The notes under the pieces were generated by a model. The model did not search any database. It was not told the DNA's origin and worked only from the letters and a program-made list of their open reading frames with translations. 64,000 nt of DNA from Marinicella sp. (GTDB taxonomy: Bacteria; Pseudomonadota; Gammaproteobacteria; Xanthomonadales; Marinicellaceae), in assembly GCA_965230295.1 (NCBI GenBank), contig OZ246001.1, forward strand, positions 3,808,001 to 3,872,000, given 5' to 3'. The position numbers and the translations under genes were made by a program. This document shows positions 49,906-61,464 of the stretch, piece after piece. Each line of letters begins with the position of its first letter. Within the stretch, counting starts at the first letter, position 1.

Positions 49906-52164
49906 TCACATATCTGAAGTCATCACTTTTACCCAAGCTTTGACAAAATCATTGACAAATTTCTCTTTTGAGTCATCAAACGCATAGAATTCAGCAATGG
50001 CTCTTAATTCTGAATTTGACCCGAACACCAGATCTACCGGAGTGGCTGTCCATTTGTTTTCACCGGTTTTACGATCAAAACCTTGATACAAACCGGCTTG
50101 ATCAGAAGCCTTCCATGTAGTGGACATGTCCAACAAATTCACGAAGAATTGATTGTTCAGGATGCCAGGCGTTGTTGTCAGTACACCATGCTCAGAACCA
50201 CCATGGTTGGCATTCAATGCACGCATTCCACCAACCAAAACAGTCATTTCAGGTACTGTCAGATTCAATTGATCGGCCTTATCTATCAACATTTCGGTGG
50301 GTGAGCGGTAGCTGTTGTCCACATCAAAATAGTTTCTGAAAGCATCAGCTGTAGGCCTTAACAGGTCGAATGAATGCTCGTCGGTTAACGCTTGTGTGGT
50401 ATCAGCACGACCTGCCTTGAATGGGATGTTGACATCATAACCCGCTTTTTCAGCAGCATGCTCAATGGCAGTCGAACCGGCCAATACAATTAAATCTGCC
50501 AAAGAAACCTGGCGCGCCCCTCTGGCCGACTCATTGAACTTGTCTTTGATGTTATTCAGCTTTTCCAAGACCATGGCCAATTCTTTGGGGTCATTGACGG
50601 CCCAGTTCTTTTGAGGCGCCAAGGCAATTCTGGCCCCATTGGCACCACCACGACGATCTGAAGCGCGGTAACTGGAAGCTGCACCCCAAGCCACTCGAAT
50701 CAATGCGGCATGAGGCAAGCCTGATTCTATGATGTGTTGTTTCAATTTTTTGAGGTCACGATCATTGATCATTTTATAGTCTGGTTCTGGAATCGGATCT
50801 TGCCACACCAACACATCTTCAGGCACATCTTCACCCAGGTAGCGAGACCTCGGACCCATGTCTCGATGGGTAAGTTTGTACCAAGCCTTGGCGAATGCCA
50901 GTCGATATTCTTCAGGATCATTTAAAAAGCGTTCAGCAATTTTTTTGTAAGCGGGATCAAATTTGATGGCCAGATCAGCCGTGGTCATCACCGGTGGATT
51001 GAACTTGCCTTTGACGTGTGCATCCGGCACTGATTTATGCAGTGATTCATCAGTCGGAATCCATTGTGTCGCACCACCCGGGCTTTTGCTTTGTTGCCAT
51101 TCAAAATTCAACAAGTTCTGTAAGTACAAGGTGGTCCATTGGGTCGGGGCCTGTGTCCAGGCACCTTCCAACCCACTGGTTACGGTGTCTTCGGAATGGC
51201 CTTTGCCGCATTTGTTTTTCCAACCCAGCCCCTGTTCTTCGGTACTGGCTGCGCCAGGTTCAGGACCCACACAGTCACCAGGCTTGTGGGCACCATGCAT
51301 TTTGCCAAAGGTATGGCCGCCTGCAATCAATGCCACGGTTTCTTCATCATTCATGGCCATGCGACCGAATGACAAACGGATGTTCTTCGCCGATGCGACT
51401 GGATCAGGTACGCCTCTTGGACCTTCTGGATTGACATAAATCAGCCCCATGTGCATGGCACCCAAAGGTCGCTGAAGCTTGCCATCTTTTTCAAATCGAT
51501 CGCTGGCCAGCATTTTCACTTCCGGCCCCCAATAAACCACATCAGGTTCCCAGTCATCTTCACGACCACCCGCAAATCCATAGGTTTTAAACCCCATGTT
51601 CTCTAAGGCTACGTTGCCTGCCAAAATCATCAAATCTGACCAGGACAATGCCGCACCGTATTTCTTTTTAATCGGCCACAACAACCGTTTGGCTTTATCT
51701 AAGTTACCGTTATCTGGCCAGCTATTCAAAGGATCAAAGCGCATTTGTCCGCCATCACCACCACCTCGGCCGTCTAACGTCCGGTATGTGCCGGCACTGT
51801 GCCAAGACATCCTGATAAAGAATGGACCATAATGACCCCAGTCTGCCGGCCACCAGTCTTGAGAGTCTGTAAGGACTTGGTCCAGATCTGCCTTAACTTC
51901 CTCCATGTCTAATGTATTGAAAGCATTGGCATAATCAAGTGTTTCATTGAAGTATGGACTGGACCGATCATCATGATCACGCAATGGTGATAGGTCTAAC
52001 TGATTTGGCCACCAAAATTGATTACTTTTGGTTTGGACATTTTTCATCTCATGAGTGCCTGGTTTGTTTACTTTCGTGTCATCTTTGGCATGGCTGTGAA
52101 ATGGTGCGGTAAGCATAAGGGTGCCTATATATGTACCCATTTTTATGTATTCGGTTATGTTCAT
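49906..52164 (-). CDS. katG: Catalase-peroxidase with probable signal peptide
   Basis: [43 protein letters not shown]; N-terminus ...[11 protein letters not shown]. Confidence 0.97.
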   Translation of the reverse strand: MNITEYIKMGTYIGTLMLTAPFHSHAKDDTKVNKPGTHEMKNVQTKSNQFWWPNQLDLSPLRDHDDRSSPYFNETLDYANAFNTLDMEEVKADLDQVLTDSQDWWPADWGHYGPFFIRMSWHSAGTYRTLDGRGGGDGGQMRFDPLNSWPDNGNLDKAKRLLWPIKKKYGAALSWSDLMILAGNVALENMGFKTYGFAGGREDDWEPDVVYWGPEVKMLASDRFEKDGKLQRPLGAMHMGLIYVNPEGPRGVPDPVASAKNIRLSFGRMAMNDEETVALIAGGHTFGKMHGAHKPGDCVGPEPGAASTEEQGLGWKNKCGKGHSEDTVTSGLEGAWTQAPTQWTTLYLQNLLNFEWQQSKSPGGATQWIPTDESLHKSVPDAHVKGKFNPPVMTTADLAIKFDPAYKKIAERFLNDPEEYRLAFAKAWYKLTHRDMGPRSRYLGEDVPEDVLVWQDPIPEPDYKMINDRDLKKLKQHIIESGLPHAALIRVAWGAASSYRASDRRGGANGARIALAPQKNWAVNDPKELAMVLEKLNNIKDKFNESARGARQVSLADLIVLAGSTAIEHAAEKAGYDVNIPFKAGRADTTQALTDEHSFDLLRPTADAFRNYFDVDNSYRSPTEMLIDKADQLNLTVPEMTVLVGGMRALNANHGGSEHGVLTTTPGILNNQFFVNLLDMSTTWKASDQAGLYQGFDRKTGENKWTATPVDLVFGSNSELRAIAEFYAFDDSKEKFVNDFVKAWVKVMTSDM

Positions 52165-52260
52165 AGAATCCTCCGGTTTCAGTAAAAACAACTTTATGAC
52201 TAAATATCAGTTGTAATAGATTTGCAGCAATTTGCATAATCTATCGTTATATTTATATCA

Positions 52261-52275
52261 ATAGAATTTATCTAT
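52261..52275. promoter_or_regulatory. OxyR/LysR-type box ATAG-N7-CTAT upstream of katG
   Basis: atagaatttatctat, with further ATAG/CTAT units nearby. Confidence 0.4.
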
Positions 52276-52454
52276 GACCAATATTTTAAATAGATCAGAT
52301 TGATCTATTTTTACGAAGATGCAGCTAATATGTGTTCAATTTCGAACACTTTTATATTTAATAAATCTGAGTTAAGAGCTGAATATTTATGCTTTCATGA
52401 TTCTGATGACACAAATGGAGAGTACAGTGCCAAAGTAAAACTCATCTTCATTAA

Positions 52455-53678
52455 CTATGGACAGCTGGCAGACCAAGCGCTCGTGTCTCCTGACTCAAAT
52501 CCATCAGAGAATACAGCATCTACATTGACATCTCTGACATACAGATCTGTACCTGTGCTCCCTATTCTCGGTCCACCAACCACCAATCTTGTGTTGTTGG
52601 TGTAGTTACCTTTAAGCTGAACCTGGCATGTAGCAACTGGACCGCCTGTGCCATCTAATGGAAATAAGAAATCATTCATAACTGGTGTGGAAGTATCATA
52701 AGGCTTATAAGACCAGTAATCACCCCATATGGTCTTGTTCAAAACAGGCAGACCGTTGAGATCAAGAAAAGAACTGGTTGTCCCACCTTGAAAAGAAAAT
52801 TGCGAACCATTGTTAACAATCGTCCCTAAATCTCTTTGAACGGCTGCAGCAGGGTTATTTTCAGGCACTTCAACTGATCTGGCAGTACCTTCAGAGTTAT
52901 ATGTGAATGTAATGCCCGTGCCATTGAAGGACCCTGCTCCTTCTTTAACAAAAGTGAAACCACTGGGTGGTGATAAATTCTCAATCGGTGTATGGGTAAA
53001 AGATGCTGAAGAACCAACTGTACTGGTGTGTGTTACCCTGACCTGACCATTGCTCTGTTGATTCAAGCCCATCATATAGCGACCTGAAAAACTGGAGGCC
53101 AAAGGCTCTCTGATACCGCCATCAAACGGACCGGCGGATGTATAACGACCATAAAAAGTGTAATTAGACCCTCCATTGGTTGACCTGAAAATTTCTGTTT
53201 CACCGTCGGTTAAATCATGGGTAGCCACAAAAACCCCATCTTGGGTTAAAGCACAATCTGCATTGTCAAAATCATTGGTGGTGGTACCTGGCATGGTTGA
53301 TGTACTCCAGGTAGATCCATTGTATCTGGCCACTTCTAAGTTAAAGTTTTTGATGTATGGCACAATGACATTGGATCCATCCGTGCAAATATCTCCCAGC
53401 GCAAACAAAACAGATGAGCTATCCAGGGCTGACCCTGTAATACCAGTGCCATTATAAGGAGGTGGAATTCGAACGGTTTGCAGCCGGTTATTCGATCCAT
53501 CGTTCCACAAAACCACAGCCAATAAATCTGGATTGGGTCCAGACGAATATGCACCTAATTTGATTTCCAATGGTTCTTGAAAAAATACTGGGATCGTTTG
53601 CCAGTCCCCCTTAGGATCACCTTTGGCCAGAAATGGTGTAAAAACCCATACCACAAACATCAATTTTAATAATCTCAT
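52455..53678 (-). CDS. Secreted beta-rich protein with Asp-box
   Basis: Signal peptide; FRSTNGGSNY Asp-box; extended tail DAVFSDGFESGDTSAWSASCP. Confidence 0.8.
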   Translation of the reverse strand: MRLLKLMFVVWVFTPFLAKGDPKGDWQTIPVFFQEPLEIKLGAYSSGPNPDLLAVVLWNDGSNNRLQTVRIPPPYNGTGITGSALDSSSVLFALGDICTDGSNVIVPYIKNFNLEVARYNGSTWSTSTMPGTTTNDFDNADCALTQDGVFVATHDLTDGETEIFRSTNGGSNYTFYGRYTSAGPFDGGIREPLASSFSGRYMMGLNQQSNGQVRVTHTSTVGSSASFTHTPIENLSPPSGFTFVKEGAGSFNGTGITFTYNSEGTARSVEVPENNPAAAVQRDLGTIVNNGSQFSFQGGTTSSFLDLNGLPVLNKTIWGDYWSYKPYDTSTPVMNDFLFPLDGTGGPVATCQVQLKGNYTNNTRLVVGGPRIGSTGTDLYVRDVNVDAVFSDGFESGDTSAWSASCP

Positions 53679-53792
53679 TATGCCACCTGATTAAACGCTG
53701 ACTTGTTAATACATGCGAATAATCAAGGCCAATCACGCCATCTATTTGACGCTATGATTAAATATAAATAATTAAGTCTGTTTTATGTACTT

Positions 53793-54689
53793 TCAATAAA
53801 CACTGTTGGCATATTTCTTTTCGCCCGCGTTGATCTCAACCCGCATGCGATTTTGCAAAGGTGGCAATGTACAGGTCGAATAGGCCGTAAAGGAACAAGG
53901 TGGGTTGTAGGACTTGTTGAAGTCAATCCTGACTGTACCCTGTTCGTTTACTTTGCCATCAGTATATAAAAATCGACCTGGACCATAGGTGGTTTTGCCG
54001 TTGGTTTTATCACCAAATATCATGTAGTAATCTTCACTTGAATCCAAGGCATCCAGACTGTAAGACACACCATCGATGCTGAATTCCAACCTACCTGGTG
54101 ACTCTTGTTCAGTGAGTATGCCTAAGACATTAACAGTGGGTATGATTTTAGCCGGTTTATACGGAATGAATTGGGCGTCAATCCGATACTTTTCATCTTC
54201 AGGAAAGTACTCCAATCCCAGAAAACCGGTGCGGGTCTCGGCCAGTGAATCCTTGATCCTGATGGCCATTTTATCACCACGTTCAATGGCATGAAAAAGA
54301 AATGAATCAACAGTAAAAATGGTGGTGTCTTCATCACTAGAATCAGCATGCACTGTCATCATTTCTATGACAGGTAACTCATCGGCCATGATCCCTGAGG
54401 CCATATTGGGTGAAAATTTAATACCTTTGTGCTGATCCAACCAAAAGCTCCCCAGGTTTTCCGGACCATGGGTTAACCTGATGTCATTGTCAGCTGCTGA
54501 ACCAATGCTATTTTCACCCACCCTGAGCCACGCTAACCCAACCAAACTTAACCAGCCATGAGGTTGTTTCAGTCTTTCAACCCGGTATTCTTTCCATTTT
54601 TGGTATTCAGATTTTTGTTCTTCTGCGGCCTGAGTGATAAAAATGAAACCTAAAGCCAATAAACAGGCAGTGATTAATTTTCGTTGCAT
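53793..54689 (-). CDS. DUF1684 family periplasmic protein
   Basis: GWLSLVGL, FGDKTNGKTTYGPGRFL, DFNKSYNPPCSFT..TCTLPP..N....AGEK. Confidence 0.88.
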   Translation of the reverse strand: MQRKLITACLLALGFIFITQAAEEQKSEYQKWKEYRVERLKQPHGWLSLVGLAWLRVGENSIGSAADNDIRLTHGPENLGSFWLDQHKGIKFSPNMASGIMADELPVIEMMTVHADSSDEDTTIFTVDSFLFHAIERGDKMAIRIKDSLAETRTGFLGLEYFPEDEKYRIDAQFIPYKPAKIIPTVNVLGILTEQESPGRLEFSIDGVSYSLDALDSSEDYYMIFGDKTNGKTTYGPGRFLYTDGKVNEQGTVRIDFNKSYNPPCSFTAYSTCTLPPLQNRMRVEINAGEKKYANSVY

Positions 54690-54765
54690 GGTGTTGTTCT
54701 CTGTGTCATCTGACTTAACATGTTAAATCATGCACATAGAAATTCAAGTTTTAAACGATTGATTG

Positions 54766-56913
54766 TCAGTTTTTGTGATGCAAGGCAAAACAATGGTGAA
54801 TTTTCGAACCTGAAAAATCAGGATCCAAGCTTTTCATGGTGATATTTTCAACTATATATTTATCTTTAATATCAATATTTAACGAAAACTTTCTAAAGTT
54901 ATTCGAGAAGTATAAAACACCTTTGGGTGAAAGCAATTTCATACAGGCATCAATCATTCTGGCATGGTCTTTTTGCACATCCCAATCTTCATCTCTGGAG
55001 TGGGAATTAGAAAAGGTCGGTGGATCAGCAATGATCAAATCAAATGATTCTTGGCAACGATGCAAATAACTCATCACATCTGAGCGAATGAATTGATGTC
55101 TTTGGTTGCGCAAACCATTGAGGGCAAAATTTTCTTCTGCCCACTTTAAATAGGTTTTGGACGTGTCTACGCTGGTTACTGATTTGGCTTGGCCTTGAGC
55201 GGCAGCCACTGATATGGTGCCGGTGTAACTGAATAAATTCAAAACTTTAAGGTTTTTTGATTCAGATTGAACCTGATTTCTCAACCATCGATGATCCAAG
55301 AACAAACCCGTGTCTAAGTATTGCTCAAGATCTACCAGATATTTCCTGCCATGTTCATTGATCACGAAGCGATCTTCTTGCTCGTTGAGCTTATTGTATT
55401 GTTGTTTGTCTTTCTGAATCTGCCTTGTTTTCAGGTGAATTTTTTCGACTTTAGGCTGAATAACCGACTGTACAGCCAACAGCACATGGTTTAAATGCAA
55501 CAAAGCTTTTTTGGGGTCAATGCTTTTCGGAGCCTGGTATTCCTGGATGTGAACATGATTTTGATAACAATCTATAGCCACAGCGTATTCTGGCAGATCC
55601 GCATCATACAAACGAAAGGCTTCAATGTGCTTGTCCCCAAGCCACTGACTCAATTGGTTTTTTTTCTTCTTAAGCCGATTTGCCAGCATTTGAGCAGAGG
55701 CCGGCAACGCAAACAACTGACCTTCCGGAACCTCTAATTGACTGTTTTTATTAACATCGATCAACAGCAACTGAATAGGAATGTTGCCGTTGAGTAATGC
55801 ATATGAATTCGTTGCCCTGTAACCCAACAACCACCCCTTCCCTTCATCAGGTGTTAGCACCGCTGCTCTGCCATCACTGACTTTATTTTTCAGCCAATCC
55901 CTCAATTGCACCCAGCTGGACAGGTAATTTTTTTGCAACCTCACACCATAAGGCGGGTTACAGACAATCAAGTTATTGCGTGGTGGGATTCTGAATTTAT
56001 CTAAAGTTTGGTATTGAAAACTGATGCGCTTGGTATGCGGTAGGTTAGATAAGTTTTTATTGGCCTGGTTGATGGAATCTTTGTGGTGGTCTACTCCAAT
56101 GACCTGACCTTTGTACGTTTCCATACCAACAGCAGCTCTTTGCTCGGCGGCCATGACCATTTGGCTCCACTGGTTGCTGTCGAAACCATGCCATGAAAAC
56201 AACGCATGACTCTTTAATTGACTGTTGGGTGCCATGTCACAGGCCATTTGCCAACCTTCTGTTAACAAGGTGCCAGATCCGCACATAGGATCGATTAAGT
56301 TATGATTTTCTCTGGCTGCTTCAGGCCAGCCTGCCCTGATCAGTATGGCCGCAGCCAAGTTTTCTTTCAAGGGTGCCAAGGTGTTGGTACCACGGTATCC
56401 CCTTTGGTGTAAGCTGTGTCCGGTGATGTCCTGATATATATCCAGTTGTTTGTATTTTAACCTGGCATAAACACTCAAATGACCATCAGATTTAACGACT
56501 TTGGGCCGATAACCATAAGCCTCATTCATTTGATCACAAATGGCGTCTTTGGTGACTTGGGACGAAAAATGGGTGTTCTTTAATTCTCGGTTGGTACCAT
56601 TGAATTTGATTGACAAGGTTTTGGGTATGTCATGGCACAATTTAGCCCATTCAACACCCATCACCGCATTGTATAAGTCTTTCTTGTTGCCACATTGACT
56701 GCTGGAAATTTTGATGTAAATTCGATTGGCCAACCTGGACCACATCACCGCCTGCATCCACACTTGAGCCGTTGCAGTGGCATGAACACCAGCCAAACCT
56801 TCAGCCACCTCTGAAGCACCCAATTCAAGCAACTCATCCTTCAGCAATAACTCAAGGTGTTTGGGGCAGCTGACGAAGGCTTGAAAGTCAGTCATTTCAT
56901 TCATCATGGACAT
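54766..56913 (-). CDS. rlmKL: Bifunctional 23S rRNA m2G2445/m7G2069 methyltransferase
   Basis: [63 protein letters not shown]. Confidence 0.95.
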   Translation of the reverse strand: MSMMNEMTDFQAFVSCPKHLELLLKDELLELGASEVAEGLAGVHATATAQVWMQAVMWSRLANRIYIKISSSQCGNKKDLYNAVMGVEWAKLCHDIPKTLSIKFNGTNRELKNTHFSSQVTKDAICDQMNEAYGYRPKVVKSDGHLSVYARLKYKQLDIYQDITGHSLHQRGYRGTNTLAPLKENLAAAILIRAGWPEAARENHNLIDPMCGSGTLLTEGWQMACDMAPNSQLKSHALFSWHGFDSNQWSQMVMAAEQRAAVGMETYKGQVIGVDHHKDSINQANKNLSNLPHTKRISFQYQTLDKFRIPPRNNLIVCNPPYGVRLQKNYLSSWVQLRDWLKNKVSDGRAAVLTPDEGKGWLLGYRATNSYALLNGNIPIQLLLIDVNKNSQLEVPEGQLFALPASAQMLANRLKKKKNQLSQWLGDKHIEAFRLYDADLPEYAVAIDCYQNHVHIQEYQAPKSIDPKKALLHLNHVLLAVQSVIQPKVEKIHLKTRQIQKDKQQYNKLNEQEDRFVINEHGRKYLVDLEQYLDTGLFLDHRWLRNQVQSESKNLKVLNLFSYTGTISVAAAQGQAKSVTSVDTSKTYLKWAEENFALNGLRNQRHQFIRSDVMSYLHRCQESFDLIIADPPTFSNSHSRDEDWDVQKDHARMIDACMKLLSPKGVLYFSNNFRKFSLNIDIKDKYIVENITMKSLDPDFSGSKIHHCFALHHKN

Positions 56914-58087
56914 GAACTTGAATGATTTCAGCCATGTCTGAAGTTTTCTTTCTGGCAGCGTTCAAAGATCTGGCTGTTGCCAAACAAACGCCCAATCTGC
57001 GTTTGCCATTGATCTCAGGTTTACCAAACAACCTGATTTGAGTGCCCTTTTGAACCAATGCTTGATCAATTTGACTGAATGTGGGGTTAACCCCGTTCCC
57101 TTCACCAATGATCACATGCGAGGCAGAAGGGCCGTTTTGTTGAATGGCCGGAATGGGCAATCCCAGGACCGCACGCACATGTAACGCGAACTGACTCAAG
57201 TCTTGTGAAATCATGGTGACCATGCCTGTGTCATGCGGGCGAGGAGACACTTCGGAAAAAATCACATCATCACCGCGGACAAACAGTTCAACGCCAAAAA
57301 TTCCGTAACCACCCAAAGCATCAGTGACTTTCTTGGCAATTTCTTTGGCTTTGGCCAAAGACACGTCGGTCATGGGCTGTGGCTGCCAAGATTCTTGATA
57401 ATCACCGCCTTCTTGACGGTGGCCTATGGGGTCACAAAACGAAGTACCATCTTTGTGTCTTACAGTGAGCAATGTGATTTCAAAATCGAATTTAACGAAC
57501 CCTTCCACAATCACACGACCCGCACCAGTTCGACCACCGCTTTGTGAATACTCCCAGGCAGCATCTACATCTTCTTCGGTCATGATCGTGGATTGGCCTT
57601 TGCCTGATGAACTCATCACCGGTTTAACCACACAGGGAATGCCTACTTGCTTGACTGCTTTGATGAATTGATCATAGTCATCAACGAAATCATACGGGCT
57701 GGTGGTCACTTCAAGTTCTTCGGCTGCCAATCTTCTGATGCCCTCACGGTCCATGGTTAACTGTGCAGCTGTGGCAGTGGGGACCACATTAAATCCTTCT
57801 TGTTCCAACTCAACCAATACATCTGTGGCAATGGCTTCAATTTCTGGCACAATTAAATCAGGCTGATGCTTTTTGATGGCTTTTTTCAACACTTTGGCAT
57901 CAGTCATGTCCAGAACGACAAAATCGTCAGCAACTTGCATGGCCGGGGCATGGTCATACCGATCTGCAGCAATGACATGAACGCCCAGTCTTTGTGCTTC
58001 GATAACCACTTCTTTACCCAGTTCACCGGAGCCTAAAAGCATCATTTTAATGGGGGTGTTGCGGTCGCTGTTGAATATTTGTTCCAT
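56897..58087 (-). CDS. purT: Formate-dependent GAR transformylase
   Basis: [42 protein letters not shown]. Confidence 0.97.
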   Translation of the reverse strand: MEQIFNSDRNTPIKMMLLGSGELGKEVVIEAQRLGVHVIAADRYDHAPAMQVADDFVVLDMTDAKVLKKAIKKHQPDLIVPEIEAIATDVLVELEQEGFNVVPTATAAQLTMDREGIRRLAAEELEVTTSPYDFVDDYDQFIKAVKQVGIPCVVKPVMSSSGKGQSTIMTEEDVDAAWEYSQSGGRTGAGRVIVEGFVKFDFEITLLTVRHKDGTSFCDPIGHRQEGGDYQESWQPQPMTDVSLAKAKEIAKKVTDALGGYGIFGVELFVRGDDVIFSEVSPRPHDTGMVTMISQDLSQFALHVRAVLGLPIPAIQQNGPSASHVIIGEGNGVNPTFSQIDQALVQKGTQIRLFGKPEINGKRRLGVCLATARSLNAARKKTSDMAEIIQVHVHDE

Positions 58088-58276
58088 GCTGTTGATTTTG
58101 TAGGTTTAATGAGGCGGCATTATAGCACCAAACAAAATGAATATAGCCTGAAACCTTTGATTGAATGTACGGTCGAATTGAAGAGAAATTTCAACTTGAT
58201 TTCGAACAAACTGGCATATTTTTGCACGTCAAGTTATCATGTCGGCTGTTTCCACTTTTTGAATTTTGAGGTTTAG

Positions 58277-58870
58277 ATGAAGAAAACAATATTAGTGCTG
58301 TTAATGACCCTGTTATCCACATCAATCATGGCAGAAAACACCTTGGTTAAAATGCAAACCAGTCAAGGAGATATTTATCTCGAACTCTATAACGACAAAG
58401 CCCCTTTGTCAGTTGAAAACTTTCTGGCCTATGCCAATGAAGGATTTTATGATGGCACCATATTTCATCGAGTGATCAGTACATTCATGATTCAAGGCGG
58501 CGGTTTTACAGAAAATTTAGAACGAAAGCCCACCAAAGACCCAATCAAGAATGAAGCCAACAATGGTTTAAAAAACCTACGTGGCACCATTTCAATGGCA
58601 CGACTGCCAGATCCACATTCCGCAACTTCGCAGTTTTTCATCAATGTTCAAGACAATGCGGCTTTGAATTTCACAGGTGAACAAAACACCAACACATGGG
58701 GCTATGCTGTTTTTGGCCATGTCGTTCAAGGGATGAATGTGGTTGATGACATCAGGTTTACCCCCACTGCTGGCAAAATGCCATTCAGAAAAGATGTGCC
58801 TGTTGAAAACGTGGTGATCAAATCAATTACAGTTATAGAACAGTTGCCTGAAGCCACACCTGCTTCATGA
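58277..58870 (+). CDS. Cyclophilin-type peptidyl-prolyl isomerase with signal peptide
   Basis: FHRVISTFMIQGGG, MAR..DPHSATSQFFIN, WGYAVFG; sits in the usual ppiB position before lpxH. Confidence 0.93.
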   Translation: MKKTILVLLMTLLSTSIMAENTLVKMQTSQGDIYLELYNDKAPLSVENFLAYANEGFYDGTIFHRVISTFMIQGGGFTENLERKPTKDPIKNEANNGLKNLRGTISMARLPDPHSATSQFFINVQDNAALNFTGEQNTNTWGYAVFGHVVQGMNVVDDIRFTPTAGKMPFRKDVPVENVVIKSITVIEQLPEATPAS

Positions 58871-59571
58871 CCACTTATTTCATTGCTGACCTACACTTGT
58901 GTGATCAGCAACCTGACATCACCAGGTCATTCCTGAAGTTTTGTAAAGAACAAGCCCGCAATGCGCGGGCTTTGTATATATTGGGTGACTTCTTTGAATA
59001 TTGGTTAGGTGATGATGCCTTGGATAAAACAGCCACAGTGGTTCAACAGACATTGAAAGAGCTGACAGCATCCGGGGTGAATCTTTTTTTCATGGCAGGT
59101 AACAGAGATTTCTTATTGGGCCAGTCATTCGCAGACTCTTGTGGCATGCAATTGCTAGAAGAACCGACCACCATAGGCTTGTATGGTGAAACCGTATTGT
59201 TGGTTCATGGGGATGCCCAGTGTACCGATGACCTGCCCTACCAGGAAGTCAGGAAAATGTTCAGAAACAAAGCTTGGCAACAACAATTTTTAAGTATGGA
59301 CATCCAACAACGCATAGAATTTGCCCAACAAGCCAGAGCCAAGAGTCAGGAGCACACCCAAAGCAGTGACCATCAAATCATGGATGTCAATCTTAAGGAA
59401 ATTACAGCTTTGTTTGAATCACATCAAGTCAAAACCATCATTCATGGCCACACACATCGCCCTGCTGTACACCAAGACAAGGGCCGCAAGCGCATAGTCT
59501 TGGGTGATTGGCATCACCAAACCAGCTATCTGGTTGTTGATGAAAGCGGTTACAACTTAATTTCAGGCTAG
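58867..59571 (+). CDS. lpxH: UDP-2,3-diacylglucosamine diphosphatase
   Basis: ADLHL, LGDFFEYWLGDD, GNRDFL, HGD..CTDD, IHGHTHRP, LGDW. Confidence 0.95.
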   Translation: MTTYFIADLHLCDQQPDITRSFLKFCKEQARNARALYILGDFFEYWLGDDALDKTATVVQQTLKELTASGVNLFFMAGNRDFLLGQSFADSCGMQLLEEPTTIGLYGETVLLVHGDAQCTDDLPYQEVRKMFRNKAWQQQFLSMDIQQRIEFAQQARAKSQEHTQSSDHQIMDVNLKEITALFESHQVKTIIHGHTHRPAVHQDKGRKRIVLGDWHHQTSYLVVDESGYNLISG

Positions 59572-59902
59572 GGTCTAACCTAGCCACTAAACGCCATCAA
59601 ACTATATCATCTGGGATTGATAGGTATTCAATTCACTCTTAGGAAAGCTGCTGAACAGTTTGACCCGCCAAGCCGGTTGGTGAGCATAGCGAATCAGAGG
59701 CGAAGAGCGCGAGGTAGCAAGTCATGTTCGCCGTGGTCGTTTTCACTTTTGTCTCGAACAAAAGTGAATGAAGCCCCAAGAACATTCCTTAGTTTTTGTC
59801 TGTTATGGTTGTATAAATGGCTGTTAAAGCCGTCAGCTAGCAATTGGGTTTCCATGGATTTCATGATAAAATTGTCGGCTGATAAAATTACAGAGATTTA
59901 GA

Positions 59903-61402
59903 ATGACAGTATTCAATCAATTGCTTCAACTCAGAAGTGCACAAGGATCGAAATTGACTCATGGTTTGAGTGATGAGATCATTAAAAAATTCATCGCTAC
60001 GGATACGGATTTAGTGGCCGCCATTGAATTGGCCACACAAGAATTCAATCAAATCAAAACAGACTACCCTGAATTGATTGATATGGACGAAGAATCACAA
60101 TTGGCTTTCATTCACAATGATTACATCAATTTTTATGCAGCTGATGCAGTCAACCCGTATGTGGCATTGGCTGGCAAAGGCCCTTGGGTTGTGACACTGA
60201 AAGGTTCAGTTTTACACGACAGCGGCGGTTATGGGATGTTGGGTGCCGGTCATGCCGCTGAACATGTGTTGGCCACCATGGCCAAACCACACGTGATGGC
60301 CAATATCATGACGCCCAGTTATTACCAAAGACGACTGTCAGATTTATTGAAAAAAGAAATCGGTCAAGGTCGAGATGCATGCCCTTTTGTTAAATTCATC
60401 TGTATGAACTCTGGCTCTGAAGCAGTGACTGTGGCTTCCAGAATTTCCGACGTGAATGCCAAAAACCAGACCAGCATCGGTGGTGACAATTATGGTAAAA
60501 CCATCAAGATCATGGCCCTGGAAGGTGCTTTTCATGGACGTACAGATCGTCCAGCACAGTACTCTGACTCCTCTTTGAAATCTTATAAAAAGAACCTGGC
60601 TTCATTCCAAGGCCGAAATAACCTCATCACGGTACCCATCAATGATGTAGAAGCATTGAAACAAGCTTTTGATGATGCAGCCAATAACAATGAATTCATT
60701 GAATCATTCTTCATGGAGCCTGTGATGGGTGAAGGCAATCCTGGCATGGGCATCACACCAGAGTTTTATGCCACCGCCAGGGCATTGACTGAAGAAAGTG
60801 GTACCTTGTTTTTGGTCGACTCTATACAAGCTGGCCTGCGTGCACAAGGTTGCTTGTCTATTTGTGACTATCCTGGCTTTGAAAACTTGCCAGCTCCAGA
60901 TATGGAAACCTATTCAAAAGCACTGAATGCTGGACACTACCCGCTTTCGGTGTTGGCTTTGAATGAGAAAGCAGCACAATTGTACGTGGTTGGTATTTAT
61001 GGCAACACCATGACAGCTAACCCCAAAGCCCTGGATGTTGCACACACCGTGTTGACTCATTTATCTGATGAAACCCGCGAAAACATCCGTGAAAAGGGCA
61101 AATTATTTGTCACCAAACTCAAAGATCTACAAGCCAGAATGAATGGTGAGATCACCAATGTTCAGGGTACAGGCTTGTTGTTTTCTTGTGAATTAGACCC
61201 TCAATATAAAGCTTATGGCAAAAACAGCATCGAAGAATACCTGCGATACAATGGTTTGGGTGTCATTCATGGTGGAGAAAACTCACTGCGTTTCACCCCG
61301 CATTTCAACATCACAGAAGCTGAAGTTGATTTAATTGTTGAAGGCGTAGAACAAGCGCTTTTACATGGTCCTAAAGCCAATTCTTTGGATAAAGCCAGCT
61401 GA
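59903..61402 (+). CDS. Class-III PLP-dependent aminotransferase
   Basis: NSGSEAV, FHGRT, EPVMGEG, VDSIQAG, YSKALNAG, GNT, SLRFTP. Confidence 0.88.
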   Translation: MTVFNQLLQLRSAQGSKLTHGLSDEIIKKFIATDTDLVAAIELATQEFNQIKTDYPELIDMDEESQLAFIHNDYINFYAADAVNPYVALAGKGPWVVTLKGSVLHDSGGYGMLGAGHAAEHVLATMAKPHVMANIMTPSYYQRRLSDLLKKEIGQGRDACPFVKFICMNSGSEAVTVASRISDVNAKNQTSIGGDNYGKTIKIMALEGAFHGRTDRPAQYSDSSLKSYKKNLASFQGRNNLITVPINDVEALKQAFDDAANNNEFIESFFMEPVMGEGNPGMGITPEFYATARALTEESGTLFLVDSIQAGLRAQGCLSICDYPGFENLPAPDMETYSKALNAGHYPLSVLALNEKAAQLYVVGIYGNTMTANPKALDVAHTVLTHLSDETRENIREKGKLFVTKLKDLQARMNGEITNVQGTGLLFSCELDPQYKAYGKNSIEEYLRYNGLGVIHGGENSLRFTPHFNITEAEVDLIVEGVEQALLHGPKANSLDKAS

Positions 61403-61426
61403 ATTTAATTCTTATATCGAGTAAAT

Positions 61427-61451
61427 AAAGCCACTGTGTGTGGCTTTTTTT
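61427..61451 (+). terminator. Intrinsic terminator-like hairpin
   Basis: aaagccac/gtggcttt followed by a T-run. Confidence 0.6.
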
Positions 61452-61464
61452 AAGGAGTATTTTG

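Noticed and set aside
59690-59790. Lysine riboswitch (AGAGGCG) upstream of the aminotransferase
   Set aside because: Other conserved L-box motifs and their spacing could not be matched by eye.
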